DNA of 49,600 nucleotides from Patescibacteria group bacterium (lineage in GTDB: Bacteria > Patescibacteriota > Minisyncoccia > Moranbacterales > UBA11712). The first letter of the stretch is position 1, and the number at the start of each line of letters is the position of its first letter. The notes beneath the pieces were generated by a model. It had not been told where the DNA came from. It did not search any database and was given only the letters and a program-made list of their open reading frames with translations. The position numbers and the translations under genes are program-made. Location of the stretch: NCBI GenBank assembly GCA_030018805.1, contig JASEHL010000003.1:1-49600 (forward strand), read 5' to 3'. Shown here piece after piece: positions 7,454 to 15,591 of the stretch.

Positions 7454-8533
7454 TTATAACCCTAATAATTTCACCATCTGTTCGATGAGCGAAAGCGCCA
7501 CCGGCGGAGCAAGAAGACTGTAGACCTCGACGCCTTCGTCGTCTTTCACGACAAAAGGCTTTTCGATTGTTTTCACCTTGCCGCTGGCTTCGTCGAATTC
7601 ATAAACATACTCCGGCGTAATTTCATAGTCATCCACGTAATCTTTGGCATTGTCCACTGGAACAGCGTTTCTGATGAGACCCTTTTGGATTCCATGAAGA
7701 GAGAATATTTTGGCAATCAGCTTGTCATCAAGCTCCAGTCTCTCGCGGATAGACTCAATTCCCATCTCATCTCCTTCTTTCCCGTACATTCTGGACCGTT
7801 CGTGATCCGGATTGTCGCAAATGAGGTAAAATTTTCCGTCTTTCTTGTCATACTCGACTTCCTGCGTCGTAAACAGTTTCAAATTGCGAGGCGTGTGGCA
7901 AATAGGGCAGACTCTCCGGTATTTCATCCGTTCGTCAATCACTGCTTCCGGAATATCAATAGCGATGAAAATATCCGGATCCTCGCGGTAATCAACCAAC
8001 TGTTTGAAAAACAGGGAATAGGAAACCTGGTCCAGGTTTCTCGGAAAACCGTCAATGAAAATCGTTTTTTTGCCGATTTTGTCAATTTCGCGTTTCACGA
8101 GCGCCATGACGAATTCGTTCGGAAGAAGCGTTTTTTGATCTCGAGAGAAAAGCGCCTCGAGCGCCTGCTCCGGAGTGATATATCCGCGATAGTTCTTGTG
8201 AAGATAATCAAGGAGCTCTTTTTTATAATTCTCGTCCTCGACCGCCTTGTGGAGCTCCCGCACGATGTCTCCCACGGAAAGATGGGCGATATAATCGCGC
8301 CCGAAAATTTCTATGAGAAGCTTGGTGTACGTCCCTTTTCCAGCGTTCTTTTTGCCCAGAAGATAAACAATGAAAGTTTTTCCTGAATCGAAATATTTCT
8401 TGAGCTTTCTGATATCGTCTCCGGCTTTGGCTTGGAAGTATTCTTTTCTTTCAGAAAGATCCGAGAGATTGAATTTTTTGGTTATGCCTTCCACTTTTGT
8501 CTTGAAAAGCGGAAATTCTTTTTCGTATTTCAT
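7454..8533 (-). CDS. Nucleoside monophosphate (adenylate kinase-like) kinase, enlarged
   Basis: P-loop GKKNAGKGT, HLSVGD, IDGFPRN, Zn-lid RRVCPIC...CDNPDH; start moved to MKYEKE. Confidence 0.8.
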   Translation of the reverse strand: MKYEKEFPLFKTKVEGITKKFNLSDLSERKEYFQAKAGDDIRKLKKYFDSGKTFIVYLLGKKNAGKGTYTKLLIEIFGRDYIAHLSVGDIVRELHKAVEDENYKKELLDYLHKNYRGYITPEQALEALFSRDQKTLLPNEFVMALVKREIDKIGKKTIFIDGFPRNLDQVSYSLFFKQLVDYREDPDIFIAIDIPEAVIDERMKYRRVCPICHTPRNLKLFTTQEVEYDKKDGKFYLICDNPDHERSRMYGKEGDEMGIESIRERLELDDKLIAKIFSLHGIQKGLIRNAVPVDNAKDYVDDYEITPEYVYEFDEASGKVKTIEKPFVVKDDEGVEVYSLLAPPVALSLIEQMVKLLGL

Positions 8534-8621
8534 TGGTTCGCTGTTTTTGTTATGAGTTATAAAAACATTAGCCGCCCTAGCTAATAATAGAATTTTAACA
8601 GAATAAAAAAATTTGGGCAAG

Positions 8622-8650
8622 AAAAAAGCCCGGGCGTGTTAGCTCGGGCT
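8622..8650 (-). terminator. Rho-independent terminator
   Basis: Minus strand AGCCCGAGC-taacac-GCCCGGGCT followed by T run. Confidence 0.7.
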
Positions 8651-8656
8651 GGGTAT

Positions 8657-8686
8657 TCAGAGAAAACCTGTGAAATAACCGTACAT
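8657..8686 (-). CDS. Candidate 9-aa micro-peptide MYGYFTGFL
   Basis: GGGAGG (8692-8697) 5 nt before ATG; stop just before terminator. Confidence 0.35.
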   Translation of the reverse strand: MYGYFTGFL

Positions 8687-8774
8687 GGCGTCCTCCCGGT
8701 GCGTACGGTGCACCTGCCGCGGTGTTGCGCGGCGTTTGGGGTTAGTGCCAGACTTGCTTTATAGCATCACCTCC

Positions 8775-9272
8775 CTACAGCTTCTGCTCCTGAATATTAG
8801 ATAATTCAATGTATGGCCTTTCGCCAGGGGAGTAGTGCCAAACGCCCCTAATGATATATCGCTTAGACTCATTAAGAGGATGTGCCTGGCTTTTTTTGAA
8901 AACCGCCAGCACATAATGATCCTTGCGGCCTCTACCAACAAGGTCAATCGTATCGTTCAGGCCAAATGACCGGACCTCATAAAAAGTGGCTGCATACGAA
9001 AGACCGAAGATTTTGTCCGGCGAGGCCTTCCGGCAAAAGCCGATTATTTCAATCATATCTCCATTCTTCGGCATTGTGAGGGCCGCCAGAGCGAACGCGT
9101 CGATCCTCATATCCGTCAAGCCGGAAAGCCACTGGATGGAATAAAATTTCGCTGACTTTTCCGTCTGCTTGGCGGCTGGCCGAGTAATACTGTAGGCCAC
9201 AATGATGACCAATGCGAAGGTTAAGACCGCAAAAATTGCGACGACACGCCAACTGGATTTTGCTCTCGACAT
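8775..9272 (-). CDS. Hypothetical membrane-anchored protein
   Basis: N-terminal hydrophobic helix VVAIFAVLTFALVIIVAY; ORF extends to 9308; own TTGACT/TAAAAT promoter-like site near 9345-9373. Confidence 0.65.
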   Translation of the reverse strand: MSRAKSSWRVVAIFAVLTFALVIIVAYSITRPAAKQTEKSAKFYSIQWLSGLTDMRIDAFALAALTMPKNGDMIEIIGFCRKASPDKIFGLSYAATFYEVRSFGLNDTIDLVGRGRKDHYVLAVFKKSQAHPLNESKRYIIRGVWHYSPGERPYIELSNIQEQKL

Positions 9273-9492
9273 AACTCTCAATCCCCCTCTGGAGAATATT
9301 TTTTTCAAGTACTATATTTATTGCGACTCGCTGCCGCAATGGTGTATTTTATCATAAAAAAACAGCCAAGTCAATGGCCGTGAAACAAGTCCTAAATAAT
9401 GGCTTAAATAAAGCTTTTTGCGGTTTTACCAAAGTTGAACTTTTTTTAACTCCGAATAAATTCGGAGTTTTTTAAAGTTCGACTTTATTTTT

Positions 9493-10509
9493 TCAAGGTT
9501 CGACCTTAAAAATAGTTTGTCCCTTTTTCGTCATCTCAAATTTCAATTCGCCATATTCCATCGAGCGGTCGGGATTGATGGTGATTTCCACTCCCAATCC
9601 TTCCATCGTTTCCGGCTGGAAATATTGATCGAAGACGAAATTGCCGAGAGAATAATATATTTTTTTGCCCTGATATTCTTCACTTGCCTGAATCACGTGC
9701 GGATGCGTGCCAATCACCGCGTCCGCTCCGGCATCAATGAAACGATAGGCGAGTGCGCGAACGGAATTTCCTGGGTCTCCCGTTTTATATTCCGTTCCCC
9801 AGTGCGGACAAACGACAACGACGTCCGACTGCTCCTTGACGGATTTTATTTCTTCAATCGCCGTTTCGGCCGAGTCTGGAACTGAATAATTATAACTTAC
9901 GAAACCGAGTTTCACGGAATTTTCTGTTCCCAGAGTTGAACTCTGGGATCCATCAAAATACTCCACTCCCGTCTCGTCCAGATATTTTTTTGTCTGCTCC
10001 ACTCCCTTTTCGCCTTGATTCAAGATATGATTGTTCCCCAGATTCACGAGCTTGATATTATTCTCCGCCAAAACTTTTGCCACGATCGGGTCGAATGTGA
10101 AAACAAAATTCTTACTCTCGCCCATTTTCGTATTTACGCTGGTTGATTTATTGCTTGTAATTGGCCCTTCAAGATTTCCAACAACGAGATCGTATTCGGA
10201 TAGTTTCTCTTTCATCGGCTCGAGAACATAATTATATTTTCCACTGCCATATTTCGCCACTGCCTCCCGAATATGCCGGTCGAACATCATGTCCCCAACA
10301 AAAAGAATTTTCACCGGCTCGCCGGCTTGGATACTCGACGCTTCGGCAGTCTCAACAGGCAAATCGACCGCGTCTTGCATCGAAGACATATCTTTTTGCT
10401 CCGGCGCTTTTTCTTCTTCCGCTTGTTTTCTTAAATCAACGTTTTTCACGCATCCGGAGAGGAAAAAAGTGCCCAAGATTAAAATAAAAATAATTTTTAC
10501 ATTTTGCAT
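9493..10509 (-). CDS. CapA family metallophosphoesterase lipoprotein
   Basis: Lipobox LSGC; FVGDMMF, GNLEGP, LGNNH, HWGTE, GTHPHV, YSLGNFVFDQ. Confidence 0.9.
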   Translation of the reverse strand: MQNVKIIFILILGTFFLSGCVKNVDLRKQAEEEKAPEQKDMSSMQDAVDLPVETAEASSIQAGEPVKILFVGDMMFDRHIREAVAKYGSGKYNYVLEPMKEKLSEYDLVVGNLEGPITSNKSTSVNTKMGESKNFVFTFDPIVAKVLAENNIKLVNLGNNHILNQGEKGVEQTKKYLDETGVEYFDGSQSSTLGTENSVKLGFVSYNYSVPDSAETAIEEIKSVKEQSDVVVVCPHWGTEYKTGDPGNSVRALAYRFIDAGADAVIGTHPHVIQASEEYQGKKIYYSLGNFVFDQYFQPETMEGLGVEITINPDRSMEYGELKFEMTKKGQTIFKVEP

Positions 10510-10516
10510 TGCATTG

Positions 10517-11371
10517 TCATTTTACATTTTGATTTTTGCATTTTTCACTCGGTTTGCAAATAAAGATTATATCCTCTTTTTCGTCCGTCCGAAAAATCTC
10601 GATGTTTCTTTTGGCGAGTGCATTCAAAACTGCTTCCGTCGGATGCCCATAAGAATTGTTTTTGGAAACGGAAATGATCGCGTCTTCGGGACTCGCTGTG
10701 TCGAGAAACGCTTCGCTTGATGAATATTTCGAGCCGTGATGGGCAACTTTCAAAATATCGACATCAATACTTTCCCCGCCCTCTAAAATTTCTTTTTCGG
10801 CAGGGGATTCGATATCTCCGGTGAAAAGAAAGAAATTCTCTCCGTAATCAAGCCGAGCAACCACCGATTTGTCATTTCCTTCGCCGACCAGGGGATCGAC
10901 TTTTTCGGGAGGTCCGATGATTTTCATACTCACGTCATTGAATTTCACTTCGGTTCCGCGCCAGACTTCGAGTGTTTCAACTTTATTATAGGAAAGCACA
11001 TCCTGCCATTCTTTGAAAACTTGCGTATCCTTTTCCGCGGCGGTCGTCAAGACTTTTCCAATTTTATAATTCCTCGCGACTTCAACAAGTCCCGCGAGAT
11101 GGTCCTTGTCCGGATGCGTCATGATGACGATTTCGATTTCGTCGTCGAAATAAGGAAGATACTGCCCAAGCTTCGCCAGCTCCGTTTTCCCGCTCGGCCC
11201 GCCATCAATCAAGATTTGCTGTGTTCCCTTTTGGATCAAAATCGAATCCCCCTGCCCAACATCAAGAAAAACAACCTGTAGAGGTTTAACCTCTACAAAG
11301 ATTTGATAGGAAAAATAGAGAAAAATAATCAGAAGAATAGCGATTGCGAAAAAATAAAATTTATTTTTCAT
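10517..11371 (-). CDS. ComEC/Rec2-associated metallo-beta-lactamase-fold hydrolase
   Basis: LDVGQGDS, THPDKDH, TGDIE, KVAHHGS, YGHP. Confidence 0.92.
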   Translation of the reverse strand: MKNKFYFFAIAILLIIFLYFSYQIFVEVKPLQVVFLDVGQGDSILIQKGTQQILIDGGPSGKTELAKLGQYLPYFDDEIEIVIMTHPDKDHLAGLVEVARNYKIGKVLTTAAEKDTQVFKEWQDVLSYNKVETLEVWRGTEVKFNDVSMKIIGPPEKVDPLVGEGNDKSVVARLDYGENFFLFTGDIESPAEKEILEGGESIDVDILKVAHHGSKYSSSEAFLDTASPEDAIISVSKNNSYGHPTEAVLNALAKRNIEIFRTDEKEDIIFICKPSEKCKNQNVK

Positions 11372-12830
11372 CTACTTGCATGCTAAGTTTTTTATCTCTT
11401 CTTTTGAAATAATGCAGCGCTAAGAATAAAAATAAATAATAGACTATGATATATTCCCATCCGAAATTTTTGACTTCCACTGACGCCCATGACAGATTCG
11501 CCATCCATTGCACTACAAATATTTCGATTTTGAGAAGTAGATAGGGAACGAAGCCGACAAGCTTTCCAAGTGGCACGAAGATGAACCCGGCTATTCCCGC
11601 GGCGAATCCTGTTCCCATTATAGCCGGAATCGCCGGCAAAATCACAAAATTGGCAAAAGGGGAGACCAAAGAAAGTTTTTCAAACGAGTTGAGGATTATG
11701 GGCAGAACGAAAATTATGGCCGATATTGACAATATCACAGTTTCCTGAATTATCTTAGGCGCTCTCCCCTGCCAAAAAATTTTTTCAAGAAGGGGAGAGA
11801 GATAAACAATTCCGAGCGTCGCAAGAAATGAAAGCTGAAAGCCAGCGTCATATCGGAGAAGGAGTGGATTTATCGCGAGCATCGCGCCAGCTGCGAGTAA
11901 AATCGCGTTCGTGGAATTGGCAAGTCTCCCCTCTTTCATGGCCCAAATAACCAGCGCGCCCATGATGCCGGCCCTCACAGCTGAAGACGGCGCGCCGGTC
12001 ATCAAAACGAACAATACTATCCCGACAACCGCGAAAGAAAAAACCTGTTGTCGCCAGAAGCCAGGATATATTCCCAGCCACATCAGAAACGCGGCCACGA
12101 TCGTCACATTGTAGCCCGAAACCGCGACGGTATGCGTCGTTCCCGTCCGCTGAAAGGCTTCGGACAAATCTTTGGTCATTCTTCTGCTCCCGCCGAGAAG
12201 AAGTCCCTTGAGATACGCTCCTTCCGGATCGGGAAAAATTTGCGATAATTTTTCCTCGAATTTGTTTTTGATATTCAGGATAAAATTATAAAAAGCATTT
12301 CCTCTATTACTACCAAGTATTAGAACGTTTGCCTTGTTGCAGATTCGATGGATTCCGTCTTTCGCGAGATACATTTTATAGTCAAAACGAGAGTTTTCGT
12401 AATTCTTCGGCTCCTGCAAAATACACTTCACTTTCAGTTCATCTCCGTAATTATAACTCGGATAAATATCTGAATTTATCAGTATCTTATCTCCATTCCC
12501 GTTCCGAACGACAATTTTTTGGTACGTTTCGCTTATTTCCGGCTCCTGAATCACCATGGCTGAAAAATCCGCCGGGCCCAGCTTTTGGTTGGCTAAATTG
12601 TTTTTTGCCGTATCAAGTGAAACATTTGTCCGCCATATTCCGAGAGCCAAAAACAAAACAGCCGCGCTGACGACTATTATCACTTTATTTTGGTGATTGA
12701 TCACGAATAGCGCGAGCGCTGACGCGAACAGAATCAGAACAGAATAATTCTCGATTAGAAAAAACGAGGCCGCAAAGACCCCGCCCAAAAAACTCAAAGA
12801 CAAAACGAAAAATATTTTAGATTTTGTCAT
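11361..12830 (-). CDS. comEC: ComEC/Rec2 competence membrane protein
   Basis: HTVAVSGYNV, SAVRAGIM, GFQLSFLATLG; multiple TM segments. Confidence 0.92.
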   Translation of the reverse strand: MTKSKIFFVLSLSFLGGVFAASFFLIENYSVLILFASALALFVINHQNKVIIVVSAAVLFLALGIWRTNVSLDTAKNNLANQKLGPADFSAMVIQEPEISETYQKIVVRNGNGDKILINSDIYPSYNYGDELKVKCILQEPKNYENSRFDYKMYLAKDGIHRICNKANVLILGSNRGNAFYNFILNIKNKFEEKLSQIFPDPEGAYLKGLLLGGSRRMTKDLSEAFQRTGTTHTVAVSGYNVTIVAAFLMWLGIYPGFWRQQVFSFAVVGIVLFVLMTGAPSSAVRAGIMGALVIWAMKEGRLANSTNAILLAAGAMLAINPLLLRYDAGFQLSFLATLGIVYLSPLLEKIFWQGRAPKIIQETVILSISAIIFVLPIILNSFEKLSLVSPFANFVILPAIPAIMGTGFAAGIAGFIFVPLGKLVGFVPYLLLKIEIFVVQWMANLSWASVEVKNFGWEYIIVYYLFLFLALHYFKRRDKKLSMQVDEK

Positions 12831-12875
12831 AAATCATTTTACTTTAGTATATTAATATACTAAAGTATTTTATTT

Positions 12876-13103
12876 TCAGGCAGATTTTTCTATGTCGATT
12901 ATTTTCGTCCTTGCGCTTTTCCCTCCGGCGATATTCACCAGGCTTTTTGGCACCTTGAAATAATCCGCGAGAAGCTGGATGACTTGTTCATTGGCTTTTC
13001 CCTTCTCCGGAGGAGCGGTGACTTTCACCTTATACTCGGCGTCGGAAATTTTCACGACTTCGTTTTTCCCCGCCCGCGGAGTCACTTTCACATATATTCG
13101 CAT
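12876..13103 (-). CDS. DUF167 / UPF0235 (YggU-like) protein
   Basis: VKVTPRA, APPEKGKAN, GGKSARTK. Confidence 0.85.
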   Translation of the reverse strand: MRIYVKVTPRAGKNEVVKISDAEYKVKVTAPPEKGKANEQVIQLLADYFKVPKSLVNIAGGKSARTKIIDIEKSA

Positions 13104-13116
13104 ATATTTTAGATTC

Positions 13117-14016
13117 CTAATCTCGTTGATTAGGAAAGATTATTTTCCCTTTTTTATCAACAAAAATCACTTTCAATTTTTCCTTTCGCGCGTGCTCAAG
13201 CCCCTTCTTGAGGCCCATTAGAACCAAAACTTTCGCCCGTCCGTCGGCCCACTCGGCTTTTTTGTGAAGAACTAGAACCGACTGAATTTCAAAAGAAAAC
13301 TTTCCCGGATTTTGGGGATTCACGAGATGATGGACATTTTTGCCCTTGTGCTTCCATCGCCTTTTTATCACGCCGGAAGTGGCAATCCCGTGATCGGAAA
13401 TGCAAACCGCCGCGTTTTTGTTCCGCGCGCCCTCTATCGGCAATCTCCATTTTTCTCTCTTTGCATCACGTCCGGCAGCATACGCGTCTCCGTTCACGTT
13501 GATGAAAAAATTGTTCCAACCTCTTTTTTTCAAAAATTCCGCCGCCCGATCAATGATATATCCCTTGGCAATCCCCGAAAAATCTATCCGCCGGCCAAGA
13601 AATATCTCGTTTTTTTTCACCTTGAGATCAAAAGGCAGGTCTTTCAGTTTGCCTGACATCGGCTTCGGATTCATATTCCCCGTGTCTTTGCTTTTGTATC
13701 CGATACTTTCCAAAACTTCGATTACCCGCGGGTCATATAGCCCTTCGCTTTCCCGATTATAAAAAAGCGCCCTTTTGGCGAGATAAATCATATCCGGCGA
13801 CGCTTTTTGCCAAACGCCAAGATTGCGGTTTAGTTTCGAGAGCTCACTTTTCGGATTGAAACGGCAGAATATTTTTTGCTTTGCAGAATAAACTTCTTTT
13901 ACCTCTTTCAGGTCTTTTCTTGCTTTCTCTCTGGCTTTTTTGTCCTCAATGACAATTTCAACGTGAATATCCGCGCCCAAAGCCTTAAAATTCAATTTTT
14001 CAACTGACGTGCCCAT
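13117..14016 (-). CDS. apbE: FAD:protein FMN transferase
   Basis: SELSKLN, DFSGIAKGY, IATSG, HHLVNP, ADG motifs. Confidence 0.88.
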   Translation of the reverse strand: MGTSVEKLNFKALGADIHVEIVIEDKKAREKARKDLKEVKEVYSAKQKIFCRFNPKSELSKLNRNLGVWQKASPDMIYLAKRALFYNRESEGLYDPRVIEVLESIGYKSKDTGNMNPKPMSGKLKDLPFDLKVKKNEIFLGRRIDFSGIAKGYIIDRAAEFLKKRGWNNFFINVNGDAYAAGRDAKREKWRLPIEGARNKNAAVCISDHGIATSGVIKRRWKHKGKNVHHLVNPQNPGKFSFEIQSVLVLHKKAEWADGRAKVLVLMGLKKGLEHARKEKLKVIFVDKKGKIIFPNQRD

Positions 14017-14029
14017 AGTTCTCTATCGC

Positions 14030-14413
14030 TTATGATGTTTTAGTCTTGCGATCAGGCGAAGCTGGTTGCTTCACGGTCGGCGCGGGAGTCACAGGCATAG
14101 TGGAAGGACTGGGAATCGGATCGCTGGGCGCTATCGTGCTGCTGGCGGGATTTTGTTTTGTCGAATCCGGTTGGGTTTCAGGCATAGCCTCTTCCGAATT
14201 GCCATCAGAGGGATCCAGGTTTATATTCTCCTTGAAGCTGGAAATGTTAACATCGGATTGCCTTTCTCCTGAATCCTCGAGGAGTCTTGCCTGGTCTTTA
14301 CCCCGGATAATAAAAACCGCGATTGCGGCCAGTAGAATGTTTATGGTAAAAACGAAGATTTTCACGCTATGTTTTCTTAGTCTATTCAGCATAATCTGGC
14401 AATTATGCGCCAA
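14030..14413 (-). CDS. Membrane-anchored Pro/Ser/Thr-rich protein ending DRKTKTS
   Basis: One N-terminal TM segment, low-complexity linker, directly upstream of apbE. Confidence 0.65.
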   Translation of the reverse strand: MAHNCQIMLNRLRKHSVKIFVFTINILLAAIAVFIIRGKDQARLLEDSGERQSDVNISSFKENINLDPSDGNSEEAMPETQPDSTKQNPASSTIAPSDPIPSPSTMPVTPAPTVKQPASPDRKTKTS

Positions 14414-14451
14414 TGTATAAAACCAAACTAAAATATTTGGATAGGATTATT

Positions 14452-14706
14452 TTAGTTTACCCTGTCCTTGATTTCCTGCTTTACCTTGTCGTCAATCTGG
14501 TCGGGTAGAACATCGCCCGGCGGATTATGTTCGGTCGCTTCGCGGTAAATAATTTTTTTTGCCTTGGCCATCGCTTTTTTGAGAATATCTTTTTCGGGCT
14601 TGCTGACAGTCAGAGAAAAAGGAGAGAAACTCACGGAAAAAATTCCGCCAAGCCAGGCGACAGCGATAGCTAGAATAATTATTAAGAGAAAAATTTTTTT
14701 GAGCAT
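14452..14706 (-). CDS. Hypothetical membrane protein
   Basis: MLKKIFLLIIILAIAVAWLGG; ORF track extension to 14742 runs into repeat. Confidence 0.6.
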   Translation of the reverse strand: MLKKIFLLIIILAIAVAWLGGIFSVSFSPFSLTVSKPEKDILKKAMAKAKKIIYREATEHNPPGDVLPDQIDDKVKQEIKDRVN

Positions 14707-14715
14707 AATTCTTGA

Positions 14716-14808
14716 AATTTTCAATTTACAATGAATTTTCAATGTTTGAAAATTGAAAATTTAGAAATTGATCATTGATTGAAAATTGTGAATTGAAAAT
14801 TGAAAATT
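14716..14808. repeat. AT-rich heptamer-based stem-loop repeat, copy 1
   Basis: TTTTCAA/TTGAAAA units; 60 nt (14749-14808) identical to 40841-40900. Confidence 0.85.
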
Positions 14809-14810
14809 AT

Positions 14811-15512
14811 TCATCTTACCTCCACTCTCCCAAAATACTTTTTAATATTCTTCGCTATTTTTTCTAAATCCAGCTTTTTCTCTTTCGTCCTTTTTTTCAG
14901 ATCCGGATCAAGAATTTTCCCCTTGTCTTCAAAGGCCTGCAGAACGTATTTTTTCGCGCCCTCAAGCCATTTACCAATTTTTTCAAAATCGCTTTCGACG
15001 TGCAAGCCAGGAACGACTGTTGTTCGAAATTCATAGTCAATTCCGGAATTCCGGATGAGGTTGACACTTAAATTTATACGCTCCAAATCTATCTTGGAAT
15101 TCGCCGTTTTGGCGTAATTTTCAAGATTATTTTTTATGTCCATCGCCACAAAATCAAGCAATTTTCCCTCGTATAAGGCTCGCAGGACATCGGGGCGGGC
15201 GCCATTCGTGTCCAATTTTACTTTATAACCAAGATCTTTTATTTTCCGTACAAAATCCACTATATCCGGCTGAATTGTTGGTTCCCCACCGGTGATGCAT
15301 ACGCCCTCCAACTTACCCCTTCTTTCTCTTAAAAATTTAAAAAAATCATCTTCCAAAACCGTTCCATGTTCCATGTTCCATGTTCCATGAACAACAAGTT
15401 CCGGGTTGTGGCAAAACGGACAGCGGAAATTACAGCCCACAGTGAAGACTGTCGCGGCGATGTGGCCGGGATAATCAATGAGTGTCAGTCTTCGCAAACC
15501 ACCAATCGTCAT
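14811..15512 (-). CDS. nrdG: Anaerobic ribonucleotide reductase activating enzyme
   Basis: TLIDYPG, CNFRCPFCHNP, ITGGEPT, LDTNG, EFRTT; follows nrdD; start moved to MTIGGL. Confidence 0.92.
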   Translation of the reverse strand: MTIGGLRRLTLIDYPGHIAATVFTVGCNFRCPFCHNPELVVHGTWNMEHGTVLEDDFFKFLRERRGKLEGVCITGGEPTIQPDIVDFVRKIKDLGYKVKLDTNGARPDVLRALYEGKLLDFVAMDIKNNLENYAKTANSKIDLERINLSVNLIRNSGIDYEFRTTVVPGLHVESDFEKIGKWLEGAKKYVLQAFEDKGKILDPDLKKRTKEKKLDLEKIAKNIKKYFGRVEVR

Positions 15513-15586
15513 GGAGCATGGAACATGGAGCATGGAATAAAACATGGATTAATCCATGTTATGTGTTCCATGTTCCATGTTATGTG
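15510..15586. repeat. CATGGAA/TTCCATG heptamer stem-loop repeat
   Basis: Related arrays at 15361-15391 (inside nrdG) and 38551-38612. Confidence 0.75.
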
Positions 15587-15591
15587 AAATT

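Noticed and set aside
8622-8760. ZMP/ZTP riboswitch upstream of folate-related genes
   Set aside because: CAGGTG...CACCGGGAG and CGCCCGGGC resemble it, but the GACUGGCG pseudoknot segment is missing and the kinase-thyA operon has its own promoter-like site (TTGCCC...TAAAAT, 8592-8620) after the terminator.
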